Shown piece by piece: positions 50,043 to 61,149 of a stretch of 64,000 bases of DNA (its first letter is position 1; each line of letters opens with the position of its first letter). The notes beneath the pieces are model-generated. The model ran no database searches, was not told the origin of the DNA, and saw only the letters and a program-made list of their open reading frames with translations. The translations under genes were made by a program, and so were the position numbers. The DNA comes from Caenispirillum bisanense (GTDB lineage: Bacteria; Pseudomonadota; Alphaproteobacteria; Rhodospirillales; UBA2165), in NCBI GenBank assembly GCA_945877815.1, contig CAMDWJ010000009.1, positions 8,130 to 72,129 of the forward strand, read 5' to 3'.

Positions 50043-51938
50043 TCAACCCGCGACTTTATCCGCGCAGAATCCGTCGCATTCCTTCTTAGCCCGTTTCTTG
50101 AGTTCGGCGAACCGCGTCGATAGGCCGTCAACGGTGACCGACCTCGTGCCTGCCGACAATTCGATGACGGCGGCGGAAACTCCCATCAGCGGGAAGCGGC
50201 GATATTCGTCGTTGCGGTCGCGCACCTCGATATAACCGGTCGCGCGCGCTTCGGGACTGTAGAAGCTCTCGACATCCTGGCGGAAGGTTTCAAGCAGATT
50301 GCGAATCTGCTCCTCGACGTCGCAAAGGGCGCGACCGCGGAGACCGAGGAAAAAATCGTCGCCTCCCACATGTCCGAGAAAGGCGTCGGTTGTCGCAAAT
50401 TTTTTCGTCATGAGATCGGTGAACAGCATGATGGCGCGATCGCCTTGTCGGAAGCCGTAGGTATCGTTGAACGGCTTGAAATTGTCGAAATCGAAATAGA
50501 CGAGTACGGAGCTTTCATGTTCGGCACCGATGGTTTCGTTCACAAAGTCGATGATGGTGGCGTTGCCCGGAAGCCCGCTCAGTGGATTTTGATTCTGCGC
50601 GGTGAACAGATTGCGTTCGTTGATCACGCGGATCATCGATATGGCACTCAGGAACCCGAGATATTTCGAATTCTCCAGGATCACGATGCCGTCGGAATCC
50701 TGGCTCTGGTGCATCACCTCGAGGATTTTCTCCAAGCCGAGGCCGATATCGGCGACCGGAAAGAAGCTCACAAAATCGGCGAGTTTCTTTCCATAATTCT
50801 TATTTTCGAGAAGCTCTCGTCCGAACGGCGAATAGATGTAGTAGCGGATGTTCGGCTCGCGCACGATGCCGATGAAGCTGCCGGTTTTCTGATCGACCAC
50901 CGGCAGATAGCTGTTCTGCGGCGATTTGCGGAAGGCTTCGTAGATTTCGGTAAAAGACGACCCCAGCGGGATCGACGGAATGATGTCGAGCTTGTCCTCG
51001 ATGAACTGGCGGTCGCGCGCGGTCTTGCTTGAGCTCGCCAAGCGCTTGTCCCCGGTCGAAACCAATTCGATCTCCGCGTTGCGGAGACAGATTTTGCCCA
51101 GATCCTGTTCGGGACGCGCGATAAAATAGCCTTGCGCGAGATCGCAGCCGATATCCTTCGCGGCGAGATACTCGTCCTTTGTCTCGACCCCTTCGGCGAT
51201 CACCAGTACGCCCAGCGCATGGGCGAGATTTACGATCGTCGAGACGAACAATTTCTTTTTGTGGTCGCCGCTGAGATTGGAAATGAAGAAGCGGTCGATT
51301 TTCACGTAGTCCGGATGTTGCTCGTAGAATAGCGACAGCCCGGCAAACCCGGCGCCGAAATCGTCAATGGCGAGCGAATAGCCTTGATCCTGATAGCGGC
51401 GCAGTACGCGCCCGGCATCGACATATTCGGCAAAGGAATGGCGTTCGGAAATCTCGAAACAGATCGCATTGATGGGCAAATTGTGTTTTTCGATCAGGCG
51501 GCGTGTGTTGCCGCGCTGATAATCCGGCGCATTGATGATGCGATTGTCGAGATTGTAGAACAGCTTGTAGTGATTTTCGTCGGAAACCTTGGCGAATTTG
51601 CCGAGCGCCAGGTCGCGCAGCACGGTGTCTGCCGTATAGAGCATGCCGGATTCGTGCAGGGCATCGAATAGATCGTGGATACCCGCGAATCCGAGCTTGG
51701 CTTGGCCGCGCAACAGAGCCTCGAAGGCGAAGACCGTGCCCGTATGGATATTGACGATCGGCTGGAAGGCGAAATCGATCTCGGTTTTGAGAGCCGCGAG
51801 CAGGTCGCGTTTCGCCTTTTCGGAGCCCAATCCCCCCGCGAACGAGATCGGCCGCGAGATCGCGTTGTAGTCTGCGACAATAGGCGAAATGGTGCGGTTT
51901 GCGGCCTGCTGCCGAGCGAAATCGATCTGTTCGGTCAT
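50043..51938 (-). CDS. c-di-GMP enzyme with EAL, CBS-like and GGDEF domains
   Basis: FQPI..FEALLR, IDDFGAG, AEGVE; NPLSGLPGN, DFDNFKPFND, GHVGGDDF; start reassigned to MTEQI. Confidence 0.9.
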   Translation of the reverse strand: MTEQIDFARQQAANRTISPIVADYNAISRPISFAGGLGSEKAKRDLLAALKTEIDFAFQPIVNIHTGTVFAFEALLRGQAKLGFAGIHDLFDALHESGMLYTADTVLRDLALGKFAKVSDENHYKLFYNLDNRIINAPDYQRGNTRRLIEKHNLPINAICFEISERHSFAEYVDAGRVLRRYQDQGYSLAIDDFGAGFAGLSLFYEQHPDYVKIDRFFISNLSGDHKKKLFVSTIVNLAHALGVLVIAEGVETKDEYLAAKDIGCDLAQGYFIARPEQDLGKICLRNAEIELVSTGDKRLASSSKTARDRQFIEDKLDIIPSIPLGSSFTEIYEAFRKSPQNSYLPVVDQKTGSFIGIVREPNIRYYIYSPFGRELLENKNYGKKLADFVSFFPVADIGLGLEKILEVMHQSQDSDGIVILENSKYLGFLSAISMIRVINERNLFTAQNQNPLSGLPGNATIIDFVNETIGAEHESSVLVYFDFDNFKPFNDTYGFRQGDRAIMLFTDLMTKKFATTDAFLGHVGGDDFFLGLRGRALCDVEEQIRNLLETFRQDVESFYSPEARATGYIEVRDRNDEYRRFPLMGVSAAVIELSAGTRSVTVDGLSTRFAELKKRAKKECDGFCADKVAG

Positions 51939-52034
51939 TCGAACTTCCCCCGATGAACACATACAAAACCGATCACTTCTTTAGAACTAATGATCGCCCT
52001 GTGTGCAGGATGTCGTCGGTCCGGGTCGATGGTA

Positions 52035-52049
52035 TTAAGCAATTGTTAA
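52035..52049. promoter_or_regulatory. CtrA-like box between divergent EAL/GGDEF and MFS genes
   Basis: TTAA-GCAATTG-TTAA (N7). Confidence 0.6.
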
Positions 52050-52113
52050 GGTTTCGCGTCGGCTCGCTGAGTCTGGGGATGACAGGGGCGTCGGCTCCCG
52101 CTATCCACAAGGC

Positions 52114-53301
52114 ATGGCCGTAACCCGCCTTCAGCACGCCACCGCCGTTATCATCCTCACCACCGCCGTCGGGCTCTTCGGATTTCAGGCCGTTTCGCCG
52201 GCCCTACCGGGCATGCGCGATGCGCTGGGGATTTCGACTCAGAATATAGGTTGGGTGATGACGGCCTATGCCATTCCCGCATTCATCTTCGTGCCGCTGG
52301 CGGGCCTGTGGGCCGACCGTTTCGGCAAAAAGGTCGTTCTGGTGCCGTCGCTGTTGCTGTTCGGGATCGCGGGCGGGCTGATCGTCCATGCGCCCGATCC
52401 GATCACGCTGTTCGCGCTGCGTTTCATCCAAGGGATTGGCGGTTCGGCGATCATCACGCTCAATTACGCGCTGCTCGGCGATTTGTTCGCCGGCGCGCAA
52501 CGCACCCGGCTCGCGGGGTGGCTGGGCGCCATCCAGAATGTCGGCTCCTCTGCGGTGCCGATCGTGGCGGGCGCGCTCGCGACCATCGCCTGGTATTGGC
52601 CCTTCGCGCTGCTGTGGACGGCTGTGCCTATCGCCATCCACGCGGCCTTGTGCCTGGACGAGTCCCAGGAGCAGAAACCCGTCTCGCGCGGCGGCGCCTT
52701 CCTCGGTCATGCCTGGACGCATCTGGCGAGCCGCCCTGTCATCGAAACCCTGATCATGACCGGGGGGTTCATCTTCGTCGGCTTTGGCGCCCTAATCACC
52801 TATCTGCCGCTGTATATGAAGGACACCTTCAATGCCCCCGAACTCGTCATCGGCCTGGTGATGGGGGCTCGGGCCATTTCGGGGGTCTTCATGGCGGGTG
52901 GGCTGCCGTGGGCCGAAAGCCGTTTCTCGCAAAGATCGCTGGTCGCCGTTTCCTTCGTCGGCATGGCGATTTCAAGCGGGATTGTACCCTTTGCGCCGAA
53001 CATCTGGGGATTGCTGGCCTCGTCGATCATTTATGGGGCGGCCTTCGGCATCGTGCGGCCGATGCTCCAGCTCAAGCTGCTCGATCTGTCGCCGCCCGAT
53101 CTGCGCGCCACTCTGTCCTCGGCGGGGACCTTCGCGCTTAGGATGGGGCAGGCGATCTCGCCGGTGGTGGCTGGGCTGTATCTTGCCTTCGGCTCCTATG
53201 ACGGCATGTATTTGTGGTTCGGTGTGATCGCGCTCGGCTTCGCGATCTATGCTTATTGGGCAAAATGCCTGCAGCCGGGGATCCGGAGCGGCACCTCATA
53301 G
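52114..53301 (+). CDS. MFS transporter
   Basis: ~12 TM helices, [10 protein letters not shown] motif A, LRFIQGIG. Confidence 0.92.
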   Translation: MAVTRLQHATAVIILTTAVGLFGFQAVSPALPGMRDALGISTQNIGWVMTAYAIPAFIFVPLAGLWADRFGKKVVLVPSLLLFGIAGGLIVHAPDPITLFALRFIQGIGGSAIITLNYALLGDLFAGAQRTRLAGWLGAIQNVGSSAVPIVAGALATIAWYWPFALLWTAVPIAIHAALCLDESQEQKPVSRGGAFLGHAWTHLASRPVIETLIMTGGFIFVGFGALITYLPLYMKDTFNAPELVIGLVMGARAISGVFMAGGLPWAESRFSQRSLVAVSFVGMAISSGIVPFAPNIWGLLASSIIYGAAFGIVRPMLQLKLLDLSPPDLRATLSSAGTFALRMGQAISPVVAGLYLAFGSYDGMYLWFGVIALGFAIYAYWAKCLQPGIRSGTS

Positions 53302-53323
53302 CTCCCTCCCCCTCTGGGGGGGA
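53302..53323. repeat. truncated CCCTCCCC/GGGGGA palindromic element
   Basis: CTCCCTCCCCCTCTGGGGGGGA resembles the elements at 43351-43472. Confidence 0.3.
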
Positions 53324-53378
53324 TAACATTGAGAAGCCGGGACTCGCTTTTTGCGCTGCAACGCGCCATATATTTCGG

Positions 53379-56231
<2,853 letters not shown>

Positions 56232-56248
56232 AATAAGGAAGATCTAGC

Positions 56249-56707
56249 TTAAAGATCATTTTTTCTAAAAATTTCGTCCATCACTGTATAGAATGTTGCT
56301 TCTCGCGGTTGACCTGCATTTGCCAGCATCGCATGCACGTCGATATGCTTGCTCCGATCATTGAGTTTGATGCGCTTATTCGTCACTACTTCGATGAAGA
56401 CGGGTTCCCCACCTTTCACTCGCCAGCCCGAATCTAAATTCTCGATCTCACGAATTAGAAAGGGCGAGACATTTTCTCCCGTGGAAGTGAAATGGTCGGG
56501 TTTCAACAAAATCGATTTTTGTTCGTGATTGAAATTTAAATAGAGATTCCATGGTTCGGCAGGTATTCCGCCGTTGGCGAAGTAACCCATAACGTAGCCA
56601 ACCAAGCGTAAAGCCGAATTTTCGTGCATGGCGTAAATCAATTGATTTTCGCCTAGAACGAAGTAGAGGCTCCACCTAAATCCGAACCATTTATTCCAAA
56701 ATGCCAT
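56249..56707 (-). CDS. hypothetical protein (AT-rich, follows higA)
   Basis: 152-aa ORF with AGGGG SD, 24 nt after higA stop; no recognised motif. Confidence 0.65.
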   Translation of the reverse strand: MAFWNKWFGFRWSLYFVLGENQLIYAMHENSALRLVGYVMGYFANGGIPAEPWNLYLNFNHEQKSILLKPDHFTSTGENVSPFLIREIENLDSGWRVKGGEPVFIEVVTNKRIKLNDRSKHIDVHAMLANAGQPREATFYTVMDEIFRKNDL

Positions 56708-56731
56708 CGTAGCCCCTGAGTGGTTGTCGCC

Positions 56732-57043
56732 TTAGAGCGGGCTTTCCACCGGCTTCGCCCGCTCGATGCGCTTGCGCCGCTCCGGCGTGTTCAGAGCTTC
56801 CCATAAATCCGTGCGACGTTGCACGTTCAGCCAGAAGTCGGGCGTATTGCCGAAGACGCGCGCGAGCATGAGCGCAGTATCGACCGTCACCGCGCGCCGT
56901 TCGTTACAGATTTCGTTGACCAGTCGTCGTTCCACGCCCATCGCCTCGGCCAAGGCCGTTTGGGTCAGGCCGAGGGGCTTCATGAATTCCTCGTCGAGCA
57001 TTTCGCCGACGGAGACGGGGCGGCGTTTAGTCATCGTTGTCAT
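56732..57043 (-). CDS. higA: HigA family antitoxin (XRE HTH)
   Basis: PVSVGEMLDEEFMKPLGLTQ..LA..VNEICNERR..TALMLA..FWLNVQ. Confidence 0.92.
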   Translation of the reverse strand: MTTMTKRRPVSVGEMLDEEFMKPLGLTQTALAEAMGVERRLVNEICNERRAVTVDTALMLARVFGNTPDFWLNVQRRTDLWEALNTPERRKRIERAKPVESPL

Positions 57044-57066
57044 GGCTTCACCTAACTTGAGATCGA

Positions 57067-57363
57067 TCAACGATAGTTATGGTTATCGAGATAGACGTTC
57101 GACGCTTCGCCGAGAGTTCCATTCCACTGAAAGATCAAACGCCAACTGTTGGTAACGCGAATTGAATGCCAATCTTGCAGCGTGCCCTTGAGCTTCTCGA
57201 AGTGATTGGACGGCGGCGACCGCAAGTCGAGATCGTTGGTCGCGTCGTCCATCAATTGCAGCTTGCGAAACAACCGATCCCGAGCGTTTGCCGGTATATG
57301 CTTCGAGATTCGGTCGTCGCAGAAAAATTGTTCGAGCCAGTCGTCTCGGAAACTGACGATCAT
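57067..57363 (-). CDS. higB: HigB family toxin (RelE/ParE, plasmid-killer type)
   Basis: MIVSFRD, DLRSPPSNHFEKLKG, HSIRV..WRLIF, YLDNHNY; toxin-first order. Confidence 0.92.
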   Translation of the reverse strand: MIVSFRDDWLEQFFCDDRISKHIPANARDRLFRKLQLMDDATNDLDLRSPPSNHFEKLKGTLQDWHSIRVTNSWRLIFQWNGTLGEASNVYLDNHNYR

Positions 57364-57379
57364 CGTGTCTCTCTTTACT

Positions 57380-57399
57380 ATTATACCGTACATACGTAC
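57380..57399 (-). promoter_or_regulatory. higBA -10 element and candidate operator
   Basis: minus strand TATAAT at 57380-57385; GTAC-N4-GTAC palindrome at 57388-57399. Confidence 0.45.
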
Positions 57400-57416
57400 A
57401 AATTAAACTTTATAAT

Positions 57417-57431
57417 GTTCCTATTTTGTTC
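57417..57431. promoter_or_regulatory. alphaproteobacterial LexA (SOS) box
   Basis: GTTC-CTATTTT-GTTC = perfect GTTC-N7-GTTC; abuts TTGACC at 57432. Confidence 0.85.
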
Positions 57432-57612
57432 TTGACCAACGTAACTCATGTGGGCTATTCTTCAAAAAGAAATCTGCAGGGTCTCGTACTCACGTTCGGC
57501 GGCGCAGCGAGCGAGCCCGCCGCGCGCGACCCGATTGCTCTTGAACATGGTGAATGGATCGTACCGTCTCCGGTTTATCCGGGCATGTGTGCCCGGCGGT
57601 ACCTTGGGATCG

Positions 57613-57755
57613 GGTCGAATTGGTGTCGATCCCCTGTCGATCCCCTGTCGATCGCCGGTAGATACCCAGTCGATCCGATGTCGATGAAATGTCGATCCGA
57701 TGTAGACGTGATGTCGATGGTCTGTCGTCCCAATGTCGGTCGAATGTAAACGCAT
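57613..57755. repeat. array of 13 phased 11-bp units, core TGTCGAT + 4 variable nt
   Basis: units start at 57613, 57624, 57635, 57646, 57657, 57668, 57679, 57690, 57701, 57712, 57723, 57734, 57745 with no indels. Confidence 0.9.
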
Positions 57756-57959
57756 CGGGGGGACGAAAGCCCAGAATTCCTTCAAATTTTAGGTAAATCA
57801 GAACTAAATTCTTACATCAAATTTGTGCGAGTCTGAATTTTGCCTCTCGCCCTGCGTGTCGAACCGGGTTACGAACATCACCTATAAATAAGGCGAATGT
57901 CATAAATTGTTCGCCGTGCTGAGGGTGACCGCGCCGGATGTTCAACAAGGCGGGTCAAC

Positions 57960-58226
57960 ATGATGTTTTTTCGACGCACCTGGGAAACCCCCACGTGGCA
58001 TTGGCGCACCCAATGTTCGTCGTGGCCCAGCGAAGAAGAGGCCGAAGAGCGCGCCGGATTGCCGCGCGGCGGCCGTTTGTGCAAGGAATGCGAAGCGCTC
58101 GATCTGAGATCGGCGCTGTTGCGCCTGGAGGCCGAGGAGGCCGCTGCCGCTCGGCAACCCACCGCCGCCGAGGTGCCGCCACCAGCGCAGGCGCGCCGCA
58201 AATCCGCCAAGCTTAAAACCGCGTGA
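57960..58226 (+). CDS. small His/Cys protein, possible zinc-binding
   Basis: WHWRTQCSSWP...LCKEC; AAGGCGG SD-like; Ala/Lys-rich tail. Confidence 0.6.
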   Translation: MMFFRRTWETPTWHWRTQCSSWPSEEEAEERAGLPRGGRLCKECEALDLRSALLRLEAEEAAAARQPTAAEVPPPAQARRKSAKLKTA

Positions 58227-58245
58227 CGCTTGGGCTCTTGAATAG

Positions 58246-58860
58246 CTAGGGAATTTGTCCGTGCCGGGCGCGCGCCTTGCCGAGCTTGTACCAGGTCAGC
58301 AGCGCGAAGGCGGGCGCGCCGATCGTGGCACCCACGATGACCGGCATGTGCCAGCCCAGCCACACCAGCGGCCCGAAAAGATACAGCACATCGTCAAAGT
58401 CGAAACCGGCAAAGCCGGGATAGGCCTTCTCGCCGGTATCTTTCTGCAATTGGTCGATTTTCTCGGCCAGGATCTCGGCCGCCACCACGCCGGCGCCCCC
58501 TAAGAGACCGCACAGGATGGCCCAGTCGCCGAGCCAGCCGTGGCGCAGGCCCGCGCCGGCGCCAACGAAAAACAATGCGGTGACCGTCACGTCGGCGACG
58601 TAATCGAGCTTGTGGCCCCACGCACTCGTCTTGCCGCTGACGCGCGCCAGTTCGCCGTCGGCGCGATCGAGGAAGGCCGAGAACAGCCAGAGCCAGCCGC
58701 CCCACAGATCGAACTCCCATTGGCCCACGGCGAAGCACGAACAGGCGGCGATTCCGCTGAGCAGGCGGACCACCGTCAGATGGTTGGGGGTGATCGGGCT
58801 ATCGACCAGCGGCAGGATGCAGACCCGCGCGATTTTGTGAGTCCAGGAATCGCCTACCAC
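58246..58860 (-). CDS. CDP-alcohol phosphotransferase family protein
   Basis: ITPNHLT, DRADGELAR-x7-GHKLDYVAD signature; 7 nt after hpnK stop. Confidence 0.9.
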   Translation of the reverse strand: MVGDSWTHKIARVCILPLVDSPITPNHLTVVRLLSGIAACSCFAVGQWEFDLWGGWLWLFSAFLDRADGELARVSGKTSAWGHKLDYVADVTVTALFFVGAGAGLRHGWLGDWAILCGLLGGAGVVAAEILAEKIDQLQKDTGEKAYPGFAGFDFDDVLYLFGPLVWLGWHMPVIVGATIGAPAFALLTWYKLGKARARHGQIP

Positions 58861-58867
58861 GCCCCGC

Positions 58868-59686
58868 CTACCATATCAGACTCCGAAAATTGGAAAGTTG
58901 GATGCCGCCGGTCGCGACCGCGCGGCGCACCTCGGGATCGAGCAGGGCGGCAAGTTCATCGGCAAAGCCGTAATGCGCTGCCTTGGGATCGACCTCGCCC
59001 CAGGCCTCGGTGGCCGGGTGGCACATGATCTCGGACACGCCGTCGCTCAGCCGGGCGAGGAGGCCGAGCATGCGGGTGCGGTCGAGCCGGCCGGTATCGT
59101 TGAGGCCGTAAAAGGCATCGTTGCACTGCACACCTTTGCTGCGCAGCCGGCGCTTGGCCCAATCGGCCCACAGCCGGAACAGCGTGTTGGCGAGGCCGGG
59201 CGCATGCTCATAGGGAATGCGGATCGCGCGCATGCCATGCTCGCGCCCGATCCTGAGGATCAGCCCGAAGACCGTCGGATGCACGTGCATATGGTTGTGG
59301 GCGTTGACGTGATCGAGCGCGAGACCGGTGCGCGCGAAGGCATCGAACTGGGCGCGGATCTCGGCGGCCAGTTGTTTGCGCACACGAGGCAGGAAGAAAT
59401 AGCGAAAGCCGGCGCGCACCAGATTGTCGTCGAAGTTACCGTCGGCATCCACGAGATCGGGTATCTGGGCAGGCGGCAGGATGGCGCGGCCGCGCGCGAC
59501 GACCACGTGAAGGCCGACGCCGAGGCCGGGCAGGGCCTTGGCACGTTGGATGGCATCGGCGGCTTCGGGGGCGGCGACCATCAGGCAGGTGGCGGTGAGA
59601 ATCCCGTCGCGATGCGCGGCCTCGATCGCTTCGTTGACGGGCCGCGACAGGCCGAAATCGTCACCGGTAACGACGAGGCGCTTCAG
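58868..59686 (-). CDS. hpnK: hopanoid-associated deacetylase HpnK (YdjC family)
   Basis: KRLVVTGDDFGL, GVGLH, DHVNAHNHMHVHP, EIMCHP; start is CTG at 59686 or GTG at 59707. Confidence 0.88.
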   Translation of the reverse strand: MKRLVVTGDDFGLSRPVNEAIEAAHRDGILTATCLMVAAPEAADAIQRAKALPGLGVGLHVVVARGRAILPPAQIPDLVDADGNFDDNLVRAGFRYFFLPRVRKQLAAEIRAQFDAFARTGLALDHVNAHNHMHVHPTVFGLILRIGREHGMRAIRIPYEHAPGLANTLFRLWADWAKRRLRSKGVQCNDAFYGLNDTGRLDRTRMLGLLARLSDGVSEIMCHPATEAWGEVDPKAAHYGFADELAALLDPEVRRAVATGGIQLSNFRSLIW

Positions 59687-61116
59687 ACGGCGTTCTCCCG
59701 TCCCCACAGGAACTTGAAGAATTCCACGCCCTCGCGGAGCTGGCGCTTCATCACGTCCCAATCGCGGCACATGTCGTAGAACAAGGCCGCCATCTTGCGG
59801 GGTCGGAAGTAGAACCGCTTATAGAAGGTTTCGACCGCCTCGAAGATGTCCTGCTTGGACAGATGCGGATATTGCAGAACGCTATTTTGGACGCCCGAGC
59901 CAGCGACCAACTGCGAGCCGTCCTCGGCGATGAGCCAGCCGTTGGCCTTGGCCTGATCGTAGAGGAACGTGCCGGGATAGGCGGCGGGCAGGGAGACCTG
60001 GATGGTCTTCGGGTTGATCTCCTGGGCATAGCGGATCGTCTCTTCGATCGTATCCTTGGTCTCGCCGGGCAGGCCGACGATGAAGGTGCCGTGGATCAGG
60101 ATGCCAAGCTCGTGGCAATCCTTGGTGAACTGCTTCGCGCGCGTGACCAGGATGCCCTTCTTGATATTGTTCAAGATTGTCTGGTTGCCGGATTCGTACC
60201 CGACCAGCAGCAGGCGCAGGCCGTTCTGCTTCATGATCTCGAGCGTCTTGCGCGGCACGTTCGCCTTGGCGTTGCACGACCAGGTGACGCCGAGCTTGCC
60301 GAGTTCGACCGCCAGCGCTTCGACATTGGCGACGTTGTCGGTGAGCGTGTCGTCGTCGAAGAAGAATTCCTTGATCTCGGGGAAGGTGTCGCGCGCGTAT
60401 TTGATTTCGGCCGCGACGTTGGCGACCGAGCGCGTGCGGTAATTATGCCCGGCGATGGTTTGCGGCCACAGGCAGAAGGTGCAGCGCGATTTGCAGCCGC
60501 GGCCGGTATAGAGCGACATGTAGGGATGCAGCATGTAGCCGTTGTAATAATCGCTGGTCACCAGGTTTTCTTTGTAGATCGGCGTGACCCACGGCAGGGT
60601 GTCCATATCCTCGATCAACGGGCGCTTGCCGGTGAAGTGCGGCTTTGCGTCGATGCGGATGGTGATGCCGAGGACGTCCTTGAGCGACGCACCTTCGGCG
60701 ATCTCCTTGATCGCGAAATCGAACTCGGTGTCGCAGACGAAATCGATCGCTGGCGAGGCCATGATCGAATCGTTGTTGTTGATGGCGACATGCGCACCGC
60801 AGAAACCGATCAGCAGATTGGGGTTCGCTGCCTTATAGGCCTCGGCCACCTTCACGTCGTTCGCGAAAGACGGCGTGCTGGTATAGATCACCAGGAATTC
60901 GTACTTGCCGGCATCGGGCAAAAGATCGGCGAGCGTGATCCCGCGCGGCGGCGCGTCGATCAGACGCGAACCCGGAACCAGGGCGGCGAGCTGGGCGAGC
61001 CAGGTCGGGTACCAGAAAGATTTGACCTCGCGCTTGCACTGGTAGCGCGAGCCCGCGCCGCCGTCGTATCCGTCGAAGGTCGGGGGGCTGAGGAACAGGG
61101 TTTTCTTAACGGGCAT
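59683..61116 (-). CDS. hpnJ: hopanoid-associated radical SAM protein HpnJ
   Basis: FDGYDGGAGSRYQ, SFWYPTWLAQ, GRGCKSRCTFCLWPQT (CxxxCxxC), REGVEFF. Confidence 0.93.
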   Translation of the reverse strand: MPVKKTLFLSPPTFDGYDGGAGSRYQCKREVKSFWYPTWLAQLAALVPGSRLIDAPPRGITLADLLPDAGKYEFLVIYTSTPSFANDVKVAEAYKAANPNLLIGFCGAHVAINNNDSIMASPAIDFVCDTEFDFAIKEIAEGASLKDVLGITIRIDAKPHFTGKRPLIEDMDTLPWVTPIYKENLVTSDYYNGYMLHPYMSLYTGRGCKSRCTFCLWPQTIAGHNYRTRSVANVAAEIKYARDTFPEIKEFFFDDDTLTDNVANVEALAVELGKLGVTWSCNAKANVPRKTLEIMKQNGLRLLLVGYESGNQTILNNIKKGILVTRAKQFTKDCHELGILIHGTFIVGLPGETKDTIEETIRYAQEINPKTIQVSLPAAYPGTFLYDQAKANGWLIAEDGSQLVAGSGVQNSVLQYPHLSKQDIFEAVETFYKRFYFRPRKMAALFYDMCRDWDVMKRQLREGVEFFKFLWGRENAV

Positions 61117-61149
61117 ATCGACCACTATTTTTTCCTAAACTTTGACGAC

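Noticed and set aside
57613-57755. Array as a CRISPR or mini-CRISPR
   Set aside because: 7-nt cores and 4-nt spacers are far below CRISPR dimensions; no cas genes.
57426-57785. ORFs spanning the 11-bp array (57426-57749 +, 57448-57687 +, 57462-57785 -)
   Set aside because: The repeat period is not a multiple of 3, the translations cycle through frames, there is no SD, and one start lies inside the LexA box.
57861-57876. GAAC-N8-GAAC upstream of the small Cys/His ORF as a second LexA box
   Set aside because: Spacer is 8 nt, not the required 7.
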